NCBI RefSeq assembly: GCF_000619845.1
Contig: NZ_JHUX01000003.1
Span: 1,060,064-1,092,063, forward strand
DNA length: 32,000 nucleotides
Source of the DNA: Alkanindiges illinoisensis DSM 15370
GTDB taxonomy: Bacteria > Pseudomonadota > Gammaproteobacteria > Pseudomonadales > Moraxellaceae
Direction: 5' to 3'
In this document: positions 26,438 to 32,000 of the stretch, in pieces
Numbering within the stretch: position 1 is the first letter of the stretch
Layout: each line of letters begins with the position of its first letter
Made by a program: the position numbers and the translations under genes
The notes under the pieces: generated by a model
The model's input: only the letters and a program-made list of their open reading frames with translations
What the model was told of the DNA's origin: nothing
Database searches by the model: none

Positions 26438-26473
26438 CCTCATTTTAGTGCCTTGATTGTGACTAAAGTGAGG
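26438..26473 (+). terminator. 12-bp stem hairpin downstream of ndh (one G-U pair, no U-tract)
   Basis: cctcattttagt (26438-26449) pairs with actaaagtgagg (26462-26473). It begins 28 nt after the ndh stop. Confidence 0.4.
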
Positions 26474-26578
26474 TCGCTAGAAACAGTTAATAAATGAACA
26501 ATTGCATTAAAAAAACAAAATAACCCGCTAAAACAGGTTATTATTATGCAACTTTTTATTTAAAACGGAAAAATTGAC

Positions 26579-27061
26579 ATGGCTGATATTCAAAATGATC
26601 AGGTCGTATCATTTCATTATACCCTGACCGATGAAAACGGTACTGTGATTGACAAGTCCGAAGGCCAGCCACTGGTATACCTGCATGGCGCTGGTAACAT
26701 CATTCCAGGTCTGGAAAACGCGTTAACTGGCAAAAATGTTGGTGACAAACTAAACGTTAATGTTCCTGCTGCTGAAGGCTACGGCGAATATAACGCTGAC
26801 ATGGTGCAGGAAGTTCCGCGCAATATGTTCCAGGGTGTGGATGACATTCAGGCTGGCATGCAGTTTCAGGCTCAAACAGATGACGGCATTCAGATCGTTA
26901 CTGTTAAAGATGTTAATGACGAAAGTGTTTTTGTTGATGGCAACCATCCGCTGGCTGGCCAAAACCTGAATTTCGATGTTGAAATTGTAGACATTCGTCC
27001 AGCTACTCAAGAAGAACTGGATCATGGTCATGTGCATGGTGCAGGTGGTCATCACCACTAA
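26579..27061 (+). CDS. slyD: FKBP-type peptidyl-prolyl cis-trans isomerase SlyD
   Basis: VSFHYTL.DENG...D.S....PL.YLHG.G.II.GLE.AL.GK..GD, an IF-domain insert, and a His-rich tail HGHVHGAGGHHH. Confidence 0.92.
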   Translation: MADIQNDQVVSFHYTLTDENGTVIDKSEGQPLVYLHGAGNIIPGLENALTGKNVGDKLNVNVPAAEGYGEYNADMVQEVPRNMFQGVDDIQAGMQFQAQTDDGIQIVTVKDVNDESVFVDGNHPLAGQNLNFDVEIVDIRPATQEELDHGHVHGAGGHHH

Positions 27062-27096
27062 GCACTGCCTAAATCAGCTAAGTTGATTTAGACATT

Positions 27097-27136
27097 AAAA
27101 AGCCGCTTTTTTACCTTAATTAAAGCGGCTTTTTTA
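27097..27136. terminator. Bidirectional rho-independent terminator between slyD (+) and dusB (-)
   Basis: aaaaagccgcttt...aaagcggcttttttat: an 11-bp stem flanked by an A-run and a T-run. Confidence 0.8.
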
Positions 27137-27195
27137 TACCTGCTGTTTATCACAGCATGCTACATTAGTTTGCTTATAGCTATCGCTTTATAAAA

Positions 27196-28215
27196 CTAAT
27201 AACCTTCCAGCAGATTCACCGCTTCACTGTATTGCAAGCGTTCGTCCTGTTCCAGCAACTGATTAAAATAGCGCGTCACCACTTGTGCCTGCTCGTGGGT
27301 TGATTCCACCTGATACATGGCCTGCCGGAACTCATTACTGGATTTTAAGTCCCTGGTGTACCAGGCAATGTGCTTGCGGGCAATGCGACAACCAGAATAC
27401 TCGCCATAAAATGCATACAGCTCCTGCAAATGCTCCAGCAATATATTTTTAACTTCCAGAATATCTGGTGGTGGTAGGTATTCCCCTGTGTCCAGATAAT
27501 GCGCAATTTCGCGAAATATCCACGGTCTGCCCTGTGCAGCACGGCCAATCATAATGGCATCGGCACCAGTTTGTTCCAATACCATTCTGGCTTTTTGTGG
27601 ACTATCAATGTCACCATTGGCAATCACTGGAATGGCAATTTCCTGCTTGACCTGTGCAATTAACGCATAACGGGCAGCACCCGTATACATATCCTCCCGG
27701 GTACGGCCATGGATCGCCAGTGCAGCAATACCTGCCTGCTCTGCACGTTTGGCAACCCGCAGGATATTTTCCGCGCCATTGCAAAAACCAAGCCGAGTTT
27801 TTAAGGTTACTGGCACATCAACGGCTGCAACCACCGCATCCAGAATCTGGGCCACCAGACTTTCATTTTGTAGTAAAGCCGAACCTGCCAGCTTGTTGCA
27901 CACTTTTTTGGCCGGACATCCCATATTGATATCAACAATCTGCGCCCCATTGGCCACCTGATAACGTGCCGCCTCAGCCATTTGCTGCGGATCGGAGCCT
28001 GCAATCTGTGCCGAAATTGGAGCAATCTCTCCATCAAAATTAGCGCGATATAAGCTTTTTTTATTCATGCGCAAGGTTTTATCCGAGGTCATCATTTCAC
28101 TCACCGCATGACCTGCCCCAAAATATTTGCATAATGTTCTAAATGGCCGATCTGTAACACCAGCCATAGGGGCAATAATCAGGTTATTTTTTAAACGGTA
28201 CGGGCCAATCTGCAT
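27196..28215 (-). CDS. dusB: tRNA-dihydrouridine synthase B
   Basis: MQIGPYRLKNNLIIAPMAGVTDRPFR resembles the E. coli DusB N-terminus MRIGQYQLRNRLIAAPMAGITD. DINMGCPAKKV and HGRTR motifs are present. I prefer the ATG at 28215 over the TTG at 28224. Confidence 0.92.
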   Translation of the reverse strand: MQIGPYRLKNNLIIAPMAGVTDRPFRTLCKYFGAGHAVSEMMTSDKTLRMNKKSLYRANFDGEIAPISAQIAGSDPQQMAEAARYQVANGAQIVDINMGCPAKKVCNKLAGSALLQNESLVAQILDAVVAAVDVPVTLKTRLGFCNGAENILRVAKRAEQAGIAALAIHGRTREDMYTGAARYALIAQVKQEIAIPVIANGDIDSPQKARMVLEQTGADAIMIGRAAQGRPWIFREIAHYLDTGEYLPPPDILEVKNILLEHLQELYAFYGEYSGCRIARKHIAWYTRDLKSSNEFRQAMYQVESTHEQAQVVTRYFNQLLEQDERLQYSEAVNLLEGY

Positions 28216-28379
28216 AATGAACAATCTGAATTCAAACGGTCTATATCATAGCAATATCTTACGGCAAATAAAAAACCAGCAACAAAACAGCAGTTTTTGT
28301 ACGGTTGCCGCAAAACTTCTTACAACACAGGCACACAAGAGTGCTTTAGCCCTACATAAAAAATTGTCAGGATACTGAT

Positions 28380-28475
28380 ACTTAAAGATTGGACTTAATG
28401 GCTCAACTTAAAGCGCAGTTCTTAAAAAGATTGATTTTTAAGGAAACCGATTCTTAAGAAAAGAGTACGTTAAGT
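28380..28475. promoter_or_regulatory. Cluster of CTTAA/TTAAG motifs upstream of the PNPOx-family gene
   Basis: CTTAA occurs at 28381, 28394, 28407 and 28421 (spacing 13, 13 and 14 bp) and at 28453 (within the palindrome cttaag). TTAAG occurs at 28438 and 28470. acttaaag occurs twice, at 28380 and 28406. Confidence 0.35.
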
Positions 28476-28533
28476 GTCTAACGATGTTTTTAAATCATAA
28501 TTTTTATGGTTTCCATAAACCTGGAGTATAGCA

Positions 28534-29010
28534 ATGTCTGACATCACTAAAATTGCAGAATTAATTCGCGGTATCAAATTTGCCATGGTGACTTTTGTTA
28601 ACCATGAAGGCCATCTTCACTCTGCACCCATGACTACGCAAGATGAAGAATTTAATGGCAATGTCTGGTTTATTGGTGCCAAGGATTCTGATCTGGTGCG
28701 CAGTGTTCCTGGCAATGCACAGGTTAACCTGGGTTATAGTGATCCAGCAGGCCATAATTATGTGTCCATTAATGGGACTGCTGAGCTGGTGACTGATCAG
28801 GCCAAACTGGATGAACTCTGGAGTGATGGCTACAACGCATTTTTTGAGCAAGGCAAAGAAGATCCAAATATTCAGCTGATTAAAGTAATTGGTAATGGCG
28901 CTCAATATTGGGAAGGCTCAGGCCGTGTAGTCAGTGTTATTAAAATGGCCAAAGCTGCCATTACAGGTGATACTGCTAAACTGGGCGACACCGAAGGCGT
29001 TAAACTATAA
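28534..29010 (+). CDS. Pyridoxamine 5'-phosphate oxidase-fold protein (general stress protein 26-like)
   Basis: IKFAMVTFVNHEGHLHSAPMTTQ...VWFIGAKDS.LV......VNLGYSDP....YVSINGTAELV.D......LW and QYWE are typical of the GSP26/YdaG group. Confidence 0.75.
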   Translation: MSDITKIAELIRGIKFAMVTFVNHEGHLHSAPMTTQDEEFNGNVWFIGAKDSDLVRSVPGNAQVNLGYSDPAGHNYVSINGTAELVTDQAKLDELWSDGYNAFFEQGKEDPNIQLIKVIGNGAQYWEGSGRVVSVIKMAKAAITGDTAKLGDTEGVKL

Positions 29011-29037
29011 ATTCATGCCCTTTATTTAAGCATGTTT

Positions 29038-29072
29038 TAAAAGTCCGGCTGATCCTTGCCGGACTTTTTATT
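29038..29072 (+). terminator. Rho-independent terminator after the PNPOx-family gene
   Basis: aaagtccggc (29040-29049) pairs with gccggacttt (29058-29067), followed by tttatttatt. Confidence 0.8.
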
Positions 29073-29205
29073 TATTTAGTGCTATTTTATTTATGTATAA
29101 TTTAGAAGTTGCGATACAAAAATACAGGCAAAGTATTTGGATATAATTGGTTACAAATTCAACTTATGGCATACTAGCACCTGCCTCGTTTTTTTGAAAT
29201 ACATC

Positions 29206-30396
29206 ATGTCTATGCGTGTTATTGGCCAAATTACTGGCGCCTTATTAATTGGCGCATTTGCCCTGTCCGGCTGCCAATCCCAGACTGAAGAAAGTGAAAG
29301 CCAGAGCCACAAAATTCTGGATACCAAACATATTTATAAACTCATTCCAGCAGCCACGACCAACCGCATGGCCTGGGCCAATGATGTCCATGCCATTATG
29401 GATGAGCTAAAAATTGAGCGCAATCTGAGTAATACCTGTTCAATCGTGGCTGTAGTGGATCAGGAATCCAATTTTGTCGCTGATCCTGCTGTACCCAATT
29501 TGGGCAAAAAGGCCGTTAAGGAAATGAATGAACGCCTTGAAAAAAAGCTGGGCAAAAAAATGGCAGGCTATTTCAATGAAATGCTGGCCAAGCAGCCCTC
29601 GCCTGATGATAATTTTTTAATGCAGCTTGAACGTGTTAAAACCGAGCGTGAACTGGACGAACTGTATCGACAGATGTTTGAGTTTTATACCAGACAATAC
29701 AAGATTAATCTGGTGACCAGCGCCGCACGTATTATTGCCAGACAGGATATTGAAGAAGCTTTTAATCCTATTACCACTTTAGGCTCCATGCAGGTGCATA
29801 TTAATTACGCCGTTGAAAACTCACGCAGTGGCAGCAACATCCACAAAATCCGTGATGACCTGTATACCCAGTACGGTGGCCTCTATTATGGTATTCATCG
29901 CTTGATGACCTATCCAACCCACTATGACAAGCCAATTTACCGGTTTGCGGATTATAACTCAGGCATTTATTCCAGCCGCAATGCAGCATTCCAGCAAATG
30001 GTGAACAAGCTGTCAAAGCAGGAACTTAGTCTGGATGGTGACTTGCTGTCCTATAATAAGGATGGAGATGTCATCTCAGAGCCAACAGCCACCGAAACTG
30101 CCCTGGCCCAGTTATTTTTGGAAAAAAATATTGCCCTGGATGCCAAGAATATCCGGCGCGACCTGAAAAAAGAAAAGCAGCAGGAATTTGAAGAAACTAA
30201 AACTTATCAGCAAGTAGTTACTTTATACGAGGAAAAAACCAGGAAAGATGCACCGTATGCCATTATGCCAGAAGTGGTTATTTCTGGCCCCAAGCTAAGC
30301 CGTGATTACAACACCAACTGGTACGCCAGCAAAGTAAACCAGCGTTACAATCGCTGTGTGAGCCGTGGCAAGCGTCTGGGCTTTAAAATATCCTAA
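29206..30396 (+). CDS. Putative lipoprotein (resembles the DUF1615 family)
   Basis: Lipobox LIGAFALSGCQS after MSMRVIGQITGAL. VVDQESNFVADPAVPNLG and FADYNSG segments resemble DUF1615 lipoproteins as I recall them. I prefer the start at 29206 over the TTG at 29137. Confidence 0.65.
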   Translation: MSMRVIGQITGALLIGAFALSGCQSQTEESESQSHKILDTKHIYKLIPAATTNRMAWANDVHAIMDELKIERNLSNTCSIVAVVDQESNFVADPAVPNLGKKAVKEMNERLEKKLGKKMAGYFNEMLAKQPSPDDNFLMQLERVKTERELDELYRQMFEFYTRQYKINLVTSAARIIARQDIEEAFNPITTLGSMQVHINYAVENSRSGSNIHKIRDDLYTQYGGLYYGIHRLMTYPTHYDKPIYRFADYNSGIYSSRNAAFQQMVNKLSKQELSLDGDLLSYNKDGDVISEPTATETALAQLFLEKNIALDAKNIRRDLKKEKQQEFEETKTYQQVVTLYEEKTRKDAPYAIMPEVVISGPKLSRDYNTNWYASKVNQRYNRCVSRGKRLGFKIS

Positions 30397-30529
30397 TCAT
30401 TGATCGCAAACTTCACGCACTGATAATCAGTATTTGTTTTTATCAGTACGAAACTTGATTACTTAAAATTTGCTAGGAACTTCTTATTTCTGTTTATTTA
30501 TGAATTTAATAATTATTTTAAGGTTTAAG

Positions 30530-30542
30530 CACTTAATAAGTG
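30530..30542. promoter_or_regulatory. Perfect 6-1-6 palindrome CACTTAaTAAGTG upstream of the methyltransferase gene
   Basis: Located 66-78 bp upstream of the ATG at 30608, within an AT-rich 211-bp spacer. Confidence 0.3.
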
Positions 30543-30607
30543 TTTGGCTATCTCCAACGCATAAGCTATAACTGGACACATAAAAATTTAAGCTTTGCCT
30601 AATAACT

Positions 30608-31246
30608 ATGACACCTAATCTTGATGTAGTAAGCCCCATAGATTTACGCCAGATGAGTGATGCCAAGGCATGGGCTGATTCCGCCCTGCAAAAACGGCCA
30701 GCGCGTACTGATTTTTTTAATAGTTTTACTACCATCATTCTTAACTATCCAATATCCAATCCGCGCATTCTGGAACTGGATTCCGGGCCGGGATTTTTGG
30801 CGCAGCATTTACTCGATAATATTCTAGCTAGTGAATATGTGGCGCTGGATTTCTCAGCAGCCATGCATCAATTGGCGCAGGAAAGACTGGGAGCCAATGC
30901 TGACAAGGTACAATTTATTGAGCGCAGCTTTAAGGATGACAACTGGACAGCAGGTCTGGGAAAATTTGATGTGATTGTCACCATGCAGGCTGTGCATGAG
31001 CTACGCCATAAACGGCATGCGGTTAATTTATTTAAACAGGTTCAGCAGGTTTTAAAACCAGATGGCATTTTTCTGGTCTGTGATCATTATGTAGGTACTG
31101 ACGCTCATGGCATCCAAGGCATGCAAAATGACCAGCTTTATATGACGATTGAAGAACAGTATGCTGCGCTACAGCAGGCTGGTTTTAGTCATATTAACCA
31201 GCTTTTACTGCGGCAAGGCATGCTATTGCATCAGGCTAAACTATAA
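30608..31246 (+). CDS. Class I SAM-dependent methyltransferase
   Basis: SAM-binding motif I ILELDSGPGFLAQHLL, post-I VALDFS, and motif FDVIVTMQAVHEL followed by LKPDGIFLVCD. Confidence 0.75.
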   Translation: MTPNLDVVSPIDLRQMSDAKAWADSALQKRPARTDFFNSFTTIILNYPISNPRILELDSGPGFLAQHLLDNILASEYVALDFSAAMHQLAQERLGANADKVQFIERSFKDDNWTAGLGKFDVIVTMQAVHELRHKRHAVNLFKQVQQVLKPDGIFLVCDHYVGTDAHGIQGMQNDQLYMTIEEQYAALQQAGFSHINQLLLRQGMLLHQAKL

Positions 31247-31256
31247 ATTTTAAGCC

Positions 31257-32000
31257 TTAATAAATTGCCATATGGTCACGGTGAATCATCTCTACCGAGC
31301 GATTTTCACCCAGAATTTCATGCACCCGTTCGGAAGGCTGGCCAATCACCTGCCGTGCTGATGCTGAACTGAAATTAACCCGGCCCACGGCAATGCGTTC
31401 ACCATTTAAGTTCACGCACTCCACCACATCACCACGCTCAAAATGCCCTTCAACCTGACGCACACCCACAGGCAACAGGCTACGATGTTTTATCTGAATG
31501 GCTTCAACCGCACCGTTATCCAGCACCAGACGTCCCGCTGTTTGCAAATGCGCAGCCAGCCATTGCTTACGCGCAGTAATCCGGTCTTCGTCGGCTGTCA
31601 GTAGCGTTCCCAAAGCCTCACCCTGAATCAGGCGTAATAGGACATTACTGGTTTGACCACTGGTGATGAGTGTTGGACAGCCAGACTTTGCTGCCAGCCG
31701 TGCAGCACGCACTTTGGTAACCATGCCACCACGCCCCAGCACACCGCCACCACCTGCCATTGCCAGTAGACTTTCATCCATGGCACGCACGGTAGACAGC
31801 AGTGTAGCGCTGGCATCCTTGCGTGGATCACGGTCAAACATGCCTTCCTGATCAGTAAGAATAATCAGCAGGTCTGCACCGACCAGACTAGCCACCATGG
31901 CAGCCAGCGTATCATTGTCACCAAAACGGATTTCATCGGTAGCAACGGTGTCATTTTCATTGATCACCGGCACCACGCGCCACTTGATTAAACGCAGCAA
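31257..32000 (-). CDS. proB: Glutamate 5-kinase, C-terminal two-thirds (5' end lies beyond the window)
   Basis: [42 protein letters not shown], and the C-terminal PUA domain ([19 protein letters not shown]). The ORF remains open at position 32000. Confidence 0.92.
   Translation of the reverse strand: MLRLIKWRVVPVINENDTVATDEIRFGDNDTLAAMVASLVGADLLIILTDQEGMFDRDPRKDASATLLSTVRAMDESLLAMAGGGGVLGRGGMVTKVRAARLAAKSGCPTLITSGQTSNVLLRLIQGEALGTLLTADEDRITARKQWLAAHLQTAGRLVLDNGAVEAIQIKHRSLLPVGVRQVEGHFERGDVVECVNLNGERIAVGRVNFSSASARQVIGQPSERVHEILGENRSVEMIHRDHMAIY

Noticed and set aside
1-32000. tRNA, rRNA, tmRNA or riboswitch elements in intergenic spacers
   Set aside because: I inspected every spacer longer than 100 bp by eye and saw no cloverleaf-compatible sequence or recognisable conserved RNA core. 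A covariance-model scan (Infernal/tRNAscan) would be needed to exclude small RNAs formally.

Overview
This window looks like an ordinary chromosomal stretch from a gammaproteobacterium, probably Moraxellaceae/Pseudomonadales-like with moderate GC; that guess rests only on gene content and codon style. I support about 30 protein-coding genes, tightly packed on both strands.

Gene content:
- Housekeeping genes: leuA, icd, ndh, slyD, dusB, rluE, and proB (partial), plus a bepA-like protease.
- A minimal copper-resistance pair, copA-copB, preceded by an unusual repeat-containing ORF.
- A redox/electrophile-detoxification cluster: a qorB-like gene, an NQO-like flavoprotein, and a pirin-OsmC-VOC run.
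- A LemA plus HtpX-like M48 protease pair.
- An M61 peptidase, an atypical AMP-binding enzyme, and several DUF-type proteins.

I found no rRNA, tRNA, CRISPR array, transposase, integrase or phage gene. I see no convincing self-contained novel multi-gene system.

The items most worth a second look are:
1. A five-copy 18-bp tandem repeat inside a His/Cys-motif ORF at the copL position upstream of copAB.
2. A divergent HolD (Pol III psi)-like ORF abutting the leuA stop codon (TAAATG).
3. The LemA-M48 pair, whose protease carries an uncharacterised C-terminal domain of about 310 aa.
4. A forced 124-bp convergent overlap between rluE and the AMP-binding gene.
5. Several short tandem or direct repeat arrays in promoter regions.

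All family assignments come from motif and sequence recognition by eye. No database search or computation was run.
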